DNA from: Bdellovibrionales bacterium
Lineage (GTDB): Bacteria > Bdellovibrionota > Bdellovibrionia > Bdellovibrionales > UBA1609
Direction of reading: 5' to 3'
DNA length: 64,000 bases
Assembly: GCA_041739415.1 (NCBI GenBank)
Contig: JBGSNU010000025.1
Span: 130,187 to 194,186, forward strand
In this document: one piece after another, positions 42,110-52,231 of the stretch
How positions within the stretch are numbered: the first letter of the stretch is position 1
How the letters are laid out: every line of letters begins with the position of its first letter
Notes under the pieces: model-generated
Seen by the model: the letters and a program-made list of their open reading frames with translations, nothing else
Databases searched by the model: none
What the model was told of the DNA's origin: nothing
Made by a program: the position numbers and the translations under genes

Positions 42110-42967
42110 ATGACCAACTTAAAAACTCTTTGGCAAGATGCCACTTTTATCGCCATTGATCTCGAGACGACGGGCAAGTACCCTCTAGACGCTGAAATTT
42201 GTGAAATGGCGGCGGTCAAGTGGCGAGCTGGGCAAATAGTCGATGAGTATCAAACTCTCATTCGACCAAAGATGCGCATGTCCAATGAGGTCATTGCGAT
42301 CCACCATATCACCAATGAAATGGTGGAAAATAGCCCGAGGCTCAATGAAAAGCTAACCGAGTTTCATCGGTTTATCAGTGACGGATTTATTATGGCTCAT
42401 CATGCCCCCTTTGATCTCGGATTTTTAACTTGGGAGTTTGAGCAGGCGTGCCTTTCTCTTCATCCCAATCCCGTGCTGTGCACAAGTTTATTGAGCCGGC
42501 ATTTGAATGCGAATGTCTCCAATCATAGATTGGCCACGTTGGCGGCCCATTTTAAAATCAATGCTGGAGCTGCACACCGGGCACTCGACGATGCAAAGAC
42601 CTGCTTGCAAGTCGGACTAAAGTACTTTGAGAAGATGGGGCCAGATGCAAAAATCTCCGACATTCTCTCCGTGCAGACAACAGCATTGCCATGGGCGCGC
42701 TTCTCGATCGAGGCGCTGATGGAGCGAAGTCACTTGCGAACATTGGTGCGTGCGCTCAGAGATAAGCTAGAGGTGACTATGACCTACGAGGCGGGCTCTC
42801 GCCCGGGCCAATCTCGACGAGTGTTTCCTTTGGGGTTAGTTCGCAATCCCGATGCCGATTATCTAGTGGCCACTGAGGGAAACAAAGAGGGCGACGACAC
42901 CAAGGCTAAACGGTACTTTTTGGACAAGGTGTCCGCAGTCAGTCTCTTTTCACAGGACTTGTTTTAG
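42110..42967 (+). CDS. DnaQ-like 3'-5' exonuclease with C-terminal WYL-like extension
   Basis: Exo motifs are FIAIDLETTG, HHAPFDLGFL and HRALDDA. The C-terminal ~90 aa (VTMTYEAGSRPGQSRRVFPLGLV...DYLVA...KRYFLDKV) resembles a WYL-type pattern. Confidence 0.75.
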   Translation: MTNLKTLWQDATFIAIDLETTGKYPLDAEICEMAAVKWRAGQIVDEYQTLIRPKMRMSNEVIAIHHITNEMVENSPRLNEKLTEFHRFISDGFIMAHHAPFDLGFLTWEFEQACLSLHPNPVLCTSLLSRHLNANVSNHRLATLAAHFKINAGAAHRALDDAKTCLQVGLKYFEKMGPDAKISDILSVQTTALPWARFSIEALMERSHLRTLVRALRDKLEVTMTYEAGSRPGQSRRVFPLGLVRNPDADYLVATEGNKEGDDTKAKRYFLDKVSAVSLFSQDLF

Positions 42968-43882
42968 CCGTTCAACTTCGGCCTTGTCTTTGGCAATCTC
43001 TCGCAAGACGGGTCGAAGGAGTTCCGCGAGCTCTTCGAGATGTTGAAAGTCATCGCCTTTGCGCAACTTCAGTTGCCGATCTTTGCCGCGAATCAGATCT
43101 AGAATAAAAGCTTCAAACGCGTAAACGGGGCCAGCGGTGCGATGCGAGAGCACGCGCCCAAGCATAAAAAGGGCAATCATAAATGCGGTCGAGATGATAA
43201 AATAGGTCAGCAAAAATGGGGTGAGAAAGCGAATCTCAGTCGATAACACCGGGCCGACCACAAGATCGTCGATCGTCACCTTGATATAGGTGTAGGCAAA
43301 GACTCCACTAATAACGGCGAAGCTCGCGCCAATTCCCACGATCGTAAAACAATATTTCAACTGATAGCTCGGATTGATCCACATGCTCCGTCTAGCATTG
43401 ACGTCGGGCCAGAGCAACGCGCCGTCGCGGATCAGGCCGTAAACAACTAATACATAGCCCACCCACTGAATGGCGTCAGCAAAGTTGAACGCTGGGGTCC
43501 ACATAGTGCGAGTTCCAAACAAGATGAAGTCGGTAACTTGACCATGTAAAATGCGGTCGGTCACATTGCCAAGAATGCCACCCAAAAGCAAAGACATGCC
43601 GATGCGGAGAGGAAAGTGCTTAGACGGCAGAAGATACTGAATGGCACCATAGATGAACGCCAAAAAGGCGCCGCCCGTGCTGAGCGAGACCACACGGAGA
43701 ATCGGGGGAAGATCTGAAAATGTACCAAGTATGGCTCCACGGTTGTGATGCAACACCAACCCGACGGGTCCATAGAATTGCAAATCACTGAGCACTCGGT
43801 TTGCCCAAACCTTCGTGGCTTGGTCCAGTGCCCAAGTGATCACGACCAATCCAATTATCAAAAGCCAATCGCGTTTTCTCAT
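42950..43882 (-). CDS. lspA: lipoprotein signal peptidase II fused to a C-terminal 2-TM/HAMP-like module
   Basis: LspA motifs are NRGAILG, GNVTDRI, VTDFI and FNFADA. An extra ~150 aa holds two TM helices and LSHRTAGPVYAFEAFILDL. Confidence 0.8.
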   Translation of the reverse strand: MRKRDWLLIIGLVVITWALDQATKVWANRVLSDLQFYGPVGLVLHHNRGAILGTFSDLPPILRVVSLSTGGAFLAFIYGAIQYLLPSKHFPLRIGMSLLLGGILGNVTDRILHGQVTDFILFGTRTMWTPAFNFADAIQWVGYVLVVYGLIRDGALLWPDVNARRSMWINPSYQLKYCFTIVGIGASFAVISGVFAYTYIKVTIDDLVVGPVLSTEIRFLTPFLLTYFIISTAFMIALFMLGRVLSHRTAGPVYAFEAFILDLIRGKDRQLKLRKGDDFQHLEELAELLRPVLREIAKDKAEVERLKQVL

Positions 43883-44035
43883 GTAAGAAGTATCGGCAAT
43901 TTCGCGTCGAAATCAGGGCTAGATTTGCGCGTGAGTTGGGCCATTGACCAGGCAGCTCCGAGCTCTTTGTTCATCGGCAAACTTTGATGCTATTGTTAGA
44001 GTGAAAAAAGACCTTTTGTCTTAAGGAGAAGCCTC

Positions 44036-45460
44036 TTGAGTATTCGCCGTAGCGCTCCACTGTTTGTGCCTCTCCTGTGGCTTTCTCTCTCGCACTTAAA
44101 TGGTGCGGCAGAATCAAAGTTGAGTCAGACTTTTGACCGGCTCATTGCACGCAGTGGCGTCGGTAAATCCGAGTTAGGACTTAAGGTCAGCACACTTGGC
44201 GAGAGTTCACTGCAGCACGCCTTCGATCTCAACAGTGATGTGCAAATGATTCCGGCTTCTGTCACAAAGATTGCCACGGCCTCGGCCGCGTTGCGCCGGC
44301 TCGGGCCAAGCTATAAAGTCCAGACGACATTGGTTTCAAGCGGAACGGTTGAGAATAAGGTGTTGCTTGGGAATCTTGTTTTGCGCGGCGCGGGCGATCC
44401 GGGTTTTGTCTCAGAGAGTCTATGGTTTTTAGTGAATGAGTTTAGCCGCAGTGGGGTTGAAAAAATTCAAGGCGATCTGCTCGTCGATGATTCGGCGTTT
44501 GATACGGTTCGATATGATCCAACGAGAGATCCAGGGCGCGTCGATCGAGCCTACGATTCGCCAGTCGGAGCCATGTCACTCAATTGGAATGCGATAAATA
44601 TCTACATTCGACCTGGCCCAAAGGTGGGTGCACCCTTGATCGTCCAGCTAGACCCAGCTAGAGATTACTACACGCTTAGTAACAAAACAAAAACAGTAGC
44701 AGGTTCTAAAAATTCTGTGCAGGTGTCGCGGGTCGGGAAGACCGTTCTGGTGCGAGGCGATCTGGGCAGTCAAGCCAGCGAGCTGGTCGTTTATAAAAAT
44801 GTGGACGACCCTGTGGATTGGGCTGGTCACAACTTGCAAGATTTTCTTAAGCAGCGCGGAATCGTCGTCACAGGCAAAGTAAAAAGTGGCCGAGCTCCCG
44901 CCAGTGCGAAGGTCCTGGCTCGAGTGGATTCAAAGCCCGTCGCTCTGGCCGTAGCGGACATGCTGAAGTTTTCGAACAACTTTGTGGCCGAGATGTTGAC
45001 TAAAATGATGGCCGTTCAAAATGGGAGTCAACCCGGTACCATGGAGGCGGGGATGGCGGTGGTGCAGAATCACCTCGTCAAAGACCTCAACCTTCGGCCA
45101 GCGGAGTTCAAAATTCTAAATCCCTCTGGACTAAGTCGCAACAATCGTCTTTCGGCTGAGGCACTGACGAATATCTTGATTCAGGCTCAGCGGAATTTTC
45201 CCACCTTTGCCGAGCTGCTGGCTGGACTCCCTTTGGCTGGACTAGATGGCACCCTTCGGCGCCGAATGAAATCTGCCGATACAGCAGGATGGATTCGGGC
45301 CAAGACGGGCAACCTAAATGGAGTTGTGTCACTGGCTGGAATTGCCGGAAGAAAAGATGGAAGCATAAGCGCATTTGCCTTCATCTTTAATGGTAAGGCG
45401 GCAAAGGCAGAAGCCGCACGTGGGCTGTTTGATCACATGGCTTCAGAGCTGGTGCAATGA
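44036..45460 (+). CDS. dacB: D-alanyl-D-alanine carboxypeptidase/endopeptidase (PBP4, S13 family)
   Basis: SxxK (PASVTKIAT), SxN (FSNNF) and KTG (RAKTGNL), with a signal peptide. TTG start follows AAGGAGAAG. Confidence 0.8.
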   Translation: MSIRRSAPLFVPLLWLSLSHLNGAAESKLSQTFDRLIARSGVGKSELGLKVSTLGESSLQHAFDLNSDVQMIPASVTKIATASAALRRLGPSYKVQTTLVSSGTVENKVLLGNLVLRGAGDPGFVSESLWFLVNEFSRSGVEKIQGDLLVDDSAFDTVRYDPTRDPGRVDRAYDSPVGAMSLNWNAINIYIRPGPKVGAPLIVQLDPARDYYTLSNKTKTVAGSKNSVQVSRVGKTVLVRGDLGSQASELVVYKNVDDPVDWAGHNLQDFLKQRGIVVTGKVKSGRAPASAKVLARVDSKPVALAVADMLKFSNNFVAEMLTKMMAVQNGSQPGTMEAGMAVVQNHLVKDLNLRPAEFKILNPSGLSRNNRLSAEALTNILIQAQRNFPTFAELLAGLPLAGLDGTLRRRMKSADTAGWIRAKTGNLNGVVSLAGIAGRKDGSISAFAFIFNGKAAKAEAARGLFDHMASELVQ

Positions 45461-46782
45461 CCAAGGTGAGAATGAAAATATTTTTAGGACTCGGATCATT
45501 GCTTTTGGCATTCGCTCTTTCATGGGCCTCCGCTAAGGACTCTCATTCTGTGCAGTTTCCGCGCACCTCTAAGCCATTGCCAGCTGAAGAGGTCATCAAA
45601 GAGGCCGAAGTCAAGACGGCCGTCGCTCCGCCCTCAGGTCCCACGTGGTCTGCGCCAAATTATTCCGATCAGCTGCACGCCGCAGCTTGGAGTAAAAGCG
45701 CCTTTGCTGTCCCCAAGGGGATGGAGGCGCGCGTGCAGTTTTGGAAAGACATTTACACCAAGTACACCTCGGATCAGGGAGTCTTACACGACAGTTTAAT
45801 TGTTTCATTGGTGTATGGCACGATCGACTTCACGGACATCATGCTGCGAACAGACCTCTCCCCGCGCGACAAAGAGCGGGCTCGTCGAGATCGCCTAACC
45901 GAAAAAAAGCAAGAGATCCAAGTGCGACTCCTACGTTTGCAAGAGACCACCGACCCAAGTTCGCTCCAGGGCGAGGATCGGCGACTGTGGGAGATGTTTG
46001 AGAAAGTGGACGGTGCAAACAAGTTTATTGAGGCTTCGCAAAAAGGTCGACTGCGCTTTCAATTGGGGCAGCGTTCACAATTTGCCGAGGGGATTCGTCA
46101 ATCGGGTCGCTATTTGCGGCAAATGGAAGAGATCTTTCGCCAAGAGGGGATGCCCATCGAGCTCACTCGCTTACCTTTTGTCGAGAGCTCCTTTAATTTA
46201 AATGCACGATCGAAGGTGGGTGCCTCAGGCGTGTGGCAATTTATGCGTGGATCGGCCCGCCCTTACATGCGTATGGACAGTTCCGCCGACGAACGCAATG
46301 ACCCTCTCCGCGCCACCCGATCGGCCGCAAAAAAACTGCGCACCAATTATCAAATGTTAAAGCTCTGGCCTTTGGCTGTGACCGGTTACAATCATGGTCC
46401 AAGTGGCGTGTTGCGGTTGACTCAAAATGTCGGCACCACGGACATTGTCGAGCTGTTGGACGTGCGACGGGGTCGATTCGGTTTTGCTTCTGCAAACTTT
46501 TATGCGAGCTTCTTGGCCGCGCTCGAGGTTGAACGAGAGGCCGATAAATATTTTGGTCTGATTGAAGTCTTGCCTGAGCTGCGAGGAGCCGAAATCCAGT
46601 TGCTCAAAAGTCAAAATGCCAAAGTTCTGTTGAAGTATTTTGATGGGGATTTAACTATGGCCAAGCAATTCAATCCCCACATCACCGCCGCTGTTTGGAG
46701 TGGGAGAATCCCGCTCAGCCCAAAACACATTTTGCGTGTGCCATTCGTGATCGAAGCGCAAGCGCGCAACGATCTCAATTAA
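45457..46782 (+). CDS. lytic murein transglycosylase (SLT domain, MltD-like without LysM)
   Basis: Signal peptide, and the SLT catalytic region FVESSFNLNARSKVGASGVWQFM. Confidence 0.7.
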   Translation: MTKVRMKIFLGLGSLLLAFALSWASAKDSHSVQFPRTSKPLPAEEVIKEAEVKTAVAPPSGPTWSAPNYSDQLHAAAWSKSAFAVPKGMEARVQFWKDIYTKYTSDQGVLHDSLIVSLVYGTIDFTDIMLRTDLSPRDKERARRDRLTEKKQEIQVRLLRLQETTDPSSLQGEDRRLWEMFEKVDGANKFIEASQKGRLRFQLGQRSQFAEGIRQSGRYLRQMEEIFRQEGMPIELTRLPFVESSFNLNARSKVGASGVWQFMRGSARPYMRMDSSADERNDPLRATRSAAKKLRTNYQMLKLWPLAVTGYNHGPSGVLRLTQNVGTTDIVELLDVRRGRFGFASANFYASFLAALEVEREADKYFGLIEVLPELRGAEIQLLKSQNAKVLLKYFDGDLTMAKQFNPHITAAVWSGRIPLSPKHILRVPFVIEAQARNDLN

Positions 46783-46791
46783 AATTGTAGG

Positions 46792-47322
46792 TTAGTTGAC
46801 ATTGGTGACCTGAGCCACATAAGGCAAGTTGCGAAAATATCCCTGATAATCCAGTCCGTAGCCGACCACAAAGTCATTGGGAATTTTAAAGCCAAAATAA
46901 TCGACGGTGCATTTTTCTTTTAAAGCCTCTGGCTTAAACAATAGAGCCGCCGACGCAATAGACTTTGGCTTGTGCACCTCGAGGTGCCGCTTAAGAAAGT
47001 TCATGGTCAGACCGGTGTCGACGATGTCCTCAACAATCAACACATGACGATCGCGAATGGACCGGCTGAGGTCTAGAGTCAGCTTAATTTCGCCAGAGGA
47101 GTGCATTCCGTCAGTGTAGGAGGACACGCCAATAAAATCGGTGGTCAAATCCACATCAATGGCACGAATCAGGTCGGCAAAAAACATAAACGAGCCTTTG
47201 AGCACACCTACAACCACCAGCTCCTTGCCGGCGTATTTTTCAGTGAGCGTTTTGCCTAGGGCCTCCACCCGGGTCTTTATTTCTTCGGCCGAGATAAGAG
47301 GAGCCAAACGTACATTTTCCAT
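46792..47322 (-). CDS. hpt: hypoxanthine phosphoribosyltransferase
   Basis: LVVVGVLKGSFMFFADL and PRPP motif VLIVEDIVDTGLT. Confidence 0.85.
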   Translation of the reverse strand: MENVRLAPLISAEEIKTRVEALGKTLTEKYAGKELVVVGVLKGSFMFFADLIRAIDVDLTTDFIGVSSYTDGMHSSGEIKLTLDLSRSIRDRHVLIVEDIVDTGLTMNFLKRHLEVHKPKSIASAALLFKPEALKEKCTVDYFGFKIPNDFVVGYGLDYQGYFRNLPYVAQVTNVN

Positions 47323-47333
47323 AGTTAAAACTC

Positions 47334-47963
47334 CTAGAGTTGCGACAAATTTAAAGGATGTGGTTCAGCTGTCAAGCGTCCCGAGCCAAGGTCTGGATCA
47401 AAATGGGTGCGACAGCGGGCTTCATAGGCCTCCGTCGATCCCACCAATATGTCCTCTTGGGCGGCAACTAGCCGCTGTGTTCGAGAGGCTGGCCCACCAC
47501 AAACCCGGCAAATGGCATGCTGCTTTCGCACCACTTCGGCAATGGCCATCAAATGGGGCATGGGGCCAAACGGTCGCCCGCGCCAGTCAGTGTCGAGGCC
47601 TGAAACGATAACCCGTCGGCCTGAATCCGCCAGTTGATTCGCAATGGTGATTAAATTATCCCCAAAAAATTGCCCTTCATCAATGGCAACTACGGCGTCT
47701 GCAGCCTCGATGTGCTCTAAGATTTCAGCGGCATCCTCAACCGGAATAGACTCGGTGTGGTTCTGATCGTGCGAGGTGACATTCTCGATCGAGTAACGGG
47801 AGTCGATTCTGGGCTTAAATGTTTTCACTTGGAGTTTGGCGATTCGGGCCCGTCGCACTTGCTTAATCAACTCTTCGGTTTTTCCGCTGAACATAGACCC
47901 TACGATCACTTCAATCCAACCTTGGCTAGATACCGGACTGGGGTGAACAAAAGTATCATTCAT
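47334..47963 (-). CDS. tdk: thymidine kinase
   Basis: P-loop [11 protein letters not shown] and Zn-ribbon CRVCGGPA. Start is taken at ATG 47963, preceded by GAGGAG. The 120-aa N-terminal extension of the track ORF is hydrophobic low-complexity and unlikely to be real. Confidence 0.85.
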   Translation of the reverse strand: MNDTFVHPSPVSSQGWIEVIVGSMFSGKTEELIKQVRRARIAKLQVKTFKPRIDSRYSIENVTSHDQNHTESIPVEDAAEILEHIEAADAVVAIDEGQFFGDNLITIANQLADSGRRVIVSGLDTDWRGRPFGPMPHLMAIAEVVRKQHAICRVCGGPASRTQRLVAAQEDILVGSTEAYEARCRTHFDPDLGSGRLTAEPHPLNLSQL

Positions 47964-48108
47964 TGGCGGCTCCTCTTGCAAACACAGGAGCCTTACAGAG
48001 TTCGCCAGATGAGGGAAGCAGAAAGCGCTTGATAGAGTGGTGCATAAGAACAAAACTAGAAGCCTGGCGAAGAATTGGACACAGAACCGAAAATCTAGGA
48101 GTTGCGAC

Positions 48109-48711
48109 GTGGCAAAAACCCCAAGTAAAAAGAAATCGCCCACAAAAGCTAAGGCTCGGCCTCCCGTGGCCGCTCGAAAAAACACTGCAGCAAAGCCCGT
48201 TGCAAAAAAAATAAGCAAACCGGTGGACTCCACGGCGAAGGTGCTAGAGGGTCGGTTGATCCCGGCGTTTTCAATTCTATCGACGGGTGGTAAAACTTTG
48301 CTTTCGAAAATGCTGCGAGGCAAATGGGTTGTGCTGTACTTCTATCCTCGCGATGCGACGCCGGGCTGCACGACGGAAGGGCATGATTTTACCCGCCTCC
48401 ACTCGCAATTCAAAAAGATGGGTTGTGACGTTTTTGGTGTCTCACGCGACTCCATTCGCTCGCATGAGAAATTTAAAGAAACCGAGAAGTATTCGATCGA
48501 TCTCTTGAGCGATGAGGACGAAGCCCTGTGCACCCTGTTTGGCGTGATTAAAATGAAGAACATGTACGGCAAGCAAGTGCGTGGCATCGAGCGATCTACA
48601 TTTCTTGTTGATCCAAGGGGACTGTTGATCAAGGAGTGGCGGGGCGTGAAAGTCCCGGGTCACGCTGATGAAGTCTTGAACGTCCTCCGCAGCCTCAAAG
48701 CGGCCGTCTGA
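48109..48711 (+). CDS. bcp: peroxiredoxin Bcp (PrxQ) with Lys/Ala/Pro-rich N-terminal tail
   Basis: Core motif is [19 protein letters not shown]. Start is taken at GTG 48109, 7 nt after AGGAG; the longest ORF starts at 48037. The N-terminal tail is [33 protein letters not shown]. Confidence 0.8.
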   Translation: MAKTPSKKKSPTKAKARPPVAARKNTAAKPVAKKISKPVDSTAKVLEGRLIPAFSILSTGGKTLLSKMLRGKWVVLYFYPRDATPGCTTEGHDFTRLHSQFKKMGCDVFGVSRDSIRSHEKFKETEKYSIDLLSDEDEALCTLFGVIKMKNMYGKQVRGIERSTFLVDPRGLLIKEWRGVKVPGHADEVLNVLRSLKAAV

Positions 48712-48748
48712 TCTCACAACTCACTCTCCCAGAGAAGAAAGAATCTCC

Positions 48749-49195
48749 ATGACTGCCACTCCGCCCGTAGCTGCTCCGACACTTGTTTCAGATATCATGC
48801 TCACAACAGTGATCTCAGTCGATCCAAGAATGCAACTCTGGCAGGTTGCCGAGCTGTTTGTGGGTAAGCAGATCAGCGGGGCACCGGTGATTGATGGGCA
48901 TGGCCGAGTGATCGCCATGATTGGCGAGGGTTTGCTTCTTCGTCTTGCCGCGCGGGAGGGCTTAGACGCCACTGTTGCTCACTGCTTGCCGGCGGACACA
49001 GGCGCGAATTCGGTGGTCACGATCAAGCCGCGCGACACCTTCACCGATGCCTATCGCATATTTTTAAAACCCAACATTCGCCGAATTCCAGTCACGGATG
49101 ACAATGGCAAATTGGTGGGAATGTTGACGCGAAGCCTGGTGCTGCGCATCTTTGTCGAAGCTCATTACGGTCGCGCTCTGCCAAAAAAATCTTAG
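48749..49195 (+). CDS. CBS-domain pair protein
   Basis: Two CBS-like units (DIMLTTVISVDP...GAPVIDGHGRVIAMIGEG and IRRIPVTDDNGKLVGMLTRS). Confidence 0.75.
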   Translation: MTATPPVAAPTLVSDIMLTTVISVDPRMQLWQVAELFVGKQISGAPVIDGHGRVIAMIGEGLLLRLAAREGLDATVAHCLPADTGANSVVTIKPRDTFTDAYRIFLKPNIRRIPVTDDNGKLVGMLTRSLVLRIFVEAHYGRALPKKS

Positions 49196-49222
49196 CTTGA
49201 GCAACGGGCTGTCTCGGGACAG

Positions 49223-51034
49223 TTAGCGGCTGGTGCCGGGAGCCGATTCGGGATTCAACAGCTGCGAGGCTCGTTTTGGCTCCAGCAGTGGCGCGGGCTT
49301 GGGGATGTTGCTGTGTAAAAGATCGCGGCCCAACTGCGCATCGCCTTTCGCGACTTCGAGGTCAAAACGCTCTCGGTCGCGCCGGCGGATGTCGGTGGTG
49401 ATGGCCTGAATTTCATCTTCAGGAACCTCGACAAAACGCAAAGCCTGTTGTCCCAACGCCATTGCGGACTCGAAGGTTTCACGCATTTGAAAATCGACAC
49501 CGTGAAGGACCAATTCACGGGCGTGAACGCGGTCAAAAGCGCGCGCTAATATTTTGACGTGAGGGAATTCACTCCGCAACAGCTCGACGATTTTGTTGCA
49601 GGTCACCTTCTGATCGACACAGATGGCAACTAAAGCTGTGTGTTGCGCACCTGAGGCTCGGAGCACATCGAGCCGAGCTCCGTCACCGTAGTATATCTTA
49701 AAGCCAAATTTGCTGGCGTTGCGAATGCGATCTGGATCTGCATCGATGATCGTAACGTCCATATCGCGCGCCAACATCAATTGGCTAACCACCTGACCAA
49801 AACGGCCAAAGCCAATGAGCAAGGCACACCCCTTGAGGTCTACGGCCTGTTCCAACCCCTCGGTGGACGCCGCTGTGGCTTGCAAGAGACGCTTTGTCAC
49901 AATTACTACGAGTGGAGTAAACACCATAGATAGAACAACAATCGCGGTCATCGTCGCATTGACTTCGGCACTGATCACATTCGCCTGTGCTGCCGCCGCA
50001 AAGAGTACAAATGCAAACTCACCACCTTGAGCCATTAAAACAGCTCGATCGAGTGCTTCTCGGTGGGCGGAACCCATCACTCGTGCCGAAAGATATATGC
50101 AAAGGGCTTTAATGAGCATCATGCCCAAGACACCCAACAAAATCATGGGTCCGTTGTTAAGCACGACGTTGAGATCTAACGACATCCCTACGCCCATAAA
50201 GAACAGGCCAAGTAAAATCCCGCGGAAGGGTTCAATGTCAGCTTCAATTTGATGGCGAAAGCTAGATTCAGCCAATAGAACTCCGGCGAGAAACGCCCCC
50301 ATCGCCATAGAGAGTCCGGTCATTTGCATCAGCAACGCCGACCCGAGCACCACTAAAAGTGCTGCGGCCGTGAGCACCTCTCGTGCCCGTGATTGCGCCA
50401 AAATACGAAACAGCGGATTGAGCAGCCACACTCCCGCCGCTAGGACTAGGGCGACCGAGCCCAACGCCATCGCTAGACTAGACCACTGTATTCCCCCACC
50501 ATCGCTCAGGGGCGAGAGAAGAGCCACGATTGCAAGCAGTGGCACAATCAGTAGATCTTCAAACAGCAAAATCGACACCATTTTTTGCCCATGCGGCAAG
50601 CCCACGTCGCCTCGCTCACTCAGCAGCTGCATAACGATGGCTGTCGAGGTGAGGACAAAGCCCATACTCGCTATAAAAGAAACCGTGAGAGCAAATCCAC
50701 AAGCTAGCCCAATGCACGTGAGCAAAAAGGTGCAGAGACTGATTTGCACACTCCCTAAACCAAAAATTTCTTTGCGCAGGCTCCAAAGGTGACTCGGCCG
50801 CATCTCTAGTCCTATGACAAACAGAAACATCACCACACCCAGTTCGGCGACATGCAAAATGGCCTCTGGTTTGGCAAACAGCTCTAAACCAAAAGGACCA
50901 ATAACCAAGCCGGCGGTGAGATAGCCGAGCACCGAGCCGAGGCCGAGACGGCGAAACAGGGGGACTGCGACAACGGCCGCACCCAGCAATGTGACAACAC
51001 GCAAAAGATCATGGGAGTTGGCTTCAATAGACAT
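49223..51034 (-). CDS. kefC: glutathione-regulated K+ efflux / CPA2 cation:proton antiporter with TrkA-N domain
   Basis: N-terminal LGAAVVAVPLFRRLGLGSVLGYL, a multi-TM Na_H exchanger region and the Rossmann motif IGFGRFGQVV. Confidence 0.85.
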   Translation of the reverse strand: MSIEANSHDLLRVVTLLGAAVVAVPLFRRLGLGSVLGYLTAGLVIGPFGLELFAKPEAILHVAELGVVMFLFVIGLEMRPSHLWSLRKEIFGLGSVQISLCTFLLTCIGLACGFALTVSFIASMGFVLTSTAIVMQLLSERGDVGLPHGQKMVSILLFEDLLIVPLLAIVALLSPLSDGGGIQWSSLAMALGSVALVLAAGVWLLNPLFRILAQSRAREVLTAAALLVVLGSALLMQMTGLSMAMGAFLAGVLLAESSFRHQIEADIEPFRGILLGLFFMGVGMSLDLNVVLNNGPMILLGVLGMMLIKALCIYLSARVMGSAHREALDRAVLMAQGGEFAFVLFAAAAQANVISAEVNATMTAIVVLSMVFTPLVVIVTKRLLQATAASTEGLEQAVDLKGCALLIGFGRFGQVVSQLMLARDMDVTIIDADPDRIRNASKFGFKIYYGDGARLDVLRASGAQHTALVAICVDQKVTCNKIVELLRSEFPHVKILARAFDRVHARELVLHGVDFQMRETFESAMALGQQALRFVEVPEDEIQAITTDIRRRDRERFDLEVAKGDAQLGRDLLHSNIPKPAPLLEPKRASQLLNPESAPGTSR

Positions 51035-51095
51035 GATGTAGGGAAGGTTAAACTAGTTTTGGAATTCAAGCACGTTGATAAATTTGATCGCTGAT

Positions 51096-52124
51096 TTACT
51101 CGCTCGGGGTCTCTGGCTTTTTTAGGCGCGGCTCCAACAGTGTAATCCAGTCCGACCCGTTGGCGCGAAAGGCCTCTGATAAAAAGACGGACCAGGGGCC
51201 ATCGCCGAGGCGACTGATAGATTCGTAGGCCGGGTTGCGATTTGTCGGCTCAAATAGAATCAATAGAGCCGACTTTTCAGTCAATTCCGCTCGGCCCGTG
51301 AGAGTCATCGTTGTCATGGTGCGAGCGGTTGGCTGGGGCACTCCGACGGGCTCCACTCCCGCCTCGACTTGCGGCTGTGGCAAAATCAAAGTGGACTCCC
51401 ATTTAAGGCCCACGCGATTTCCCTCGGCCTTGGTGACTTGAATATACATCCCAAACTGAAAGGCATCCGCTGGAGCCGTTGAAGCCTCAATATCGAGTTG
51501 TGAATTCACAGTGCTTGGTAGCAGACGTGAGGCCCCCAGGGGCAGAGAGGCCGCCCGTATGACCTCGCTCGCCTTTTCGCCTTCCACCCAATAGTACGCC
51601 CGCCCGCCGGTGCTCTCACCCACGCGCTCAGCATTTTGCAGCACCAGAGCCAATTGATCGCGCGGAACTTCCCATGAGGTGACTTCGACGTTTTGAATGA
51701 CCGGGCGAGGCGTATTTTCGTCTACTGGATCATTCACAATCTCGGATTCAGTCGCAACAGGGGGCGCTGCACTTTGAGCGAGAGGCACCGGGTCCTTGAC
51801 TTGGTTGAGCGCAGCTCGTTTTTCAGACTCAGCTTCCAAGTTCAACTCTTCGTTTGGGTCATTGGCATCGCGAGAGAGAAGGGGGATGCCGCGAAAAAGT
51901 TCAGTCACCTCACGGCCGACGAGGTCTCGTTGCGAGTAAATGATGTATCCCGTGGCGGCAATAATCAGAACGCCAAGCAGGACCAAATGCAGGGTGGGGT
52001 TTTGCAAAAGGCGCACGTAAAATGGTGGAGGTTTGGCAATATAGGTCTCAACATTCAAGCCGCAGCTTGCGCAATATTGATCCTTTGGTTGACTGAATCC
52101 ACAGCGTGGGCAATCCATCATCAT
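51096..52124 (-). CDS. hypothetical zinc-ribbon membrane protein
   Basis: N-terminal CPRCGFSQPKDQYCASCG (2 x CxxC), one TM helix, and an extracytoplasmic domain without a recognisable motif. Confidence 0.5.
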   Translation of the reverse strand: MMMDCPRCGFSQPKDQYCASCGLNVETYIAKPPPFYVRLLQNPTLHLVLLGVLIIAATGYIIYSQRDLVGREVTELFRGIPLLSRDANDPNEELNLEAESEKRAALNQVKDPVPLAQSAAPPVATESEIVNDPVDENTPRPVIQNVEVTSWEVPRDQLALVLQNAERVGESTGGRAYYWVEGEKASEVIRAASLPLGASRLLPSTVNSQLDIEASTAPADAFQFGMYIQVTKAEGNRVGLKWESTLILPQPQVEAGVEPVGVPQPTARTMTTMTLTGRAELTEKSALLILFEPTNRNPAYESISRLGDGPWSVFLSEAFRANGSDWITLLEPRLKKPETPSE

Positions 52125-52231
52125 ATACAGTTAAGTTAGGCGCAGATGGGTATTTCCACAAGACGTAATTTGGCATGAATTCTCATCTCATTCAGTTTAT
52201 ATTAGAAACTCAGCAAAGGTCGTGAATTCAA

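Noticed and set aside
47964-48323. 120-aa N-terminal extension of the thymidine kinase ORF.
   Set aside because: The extension is hydrophobic, Phe/Leu-rich sequence with no TK counterpart. An internal ATG at 47963 with a GAGGAG RBS gives a normal ~209-aa Tdk. The extension also overlaps the divergent bcp gene.
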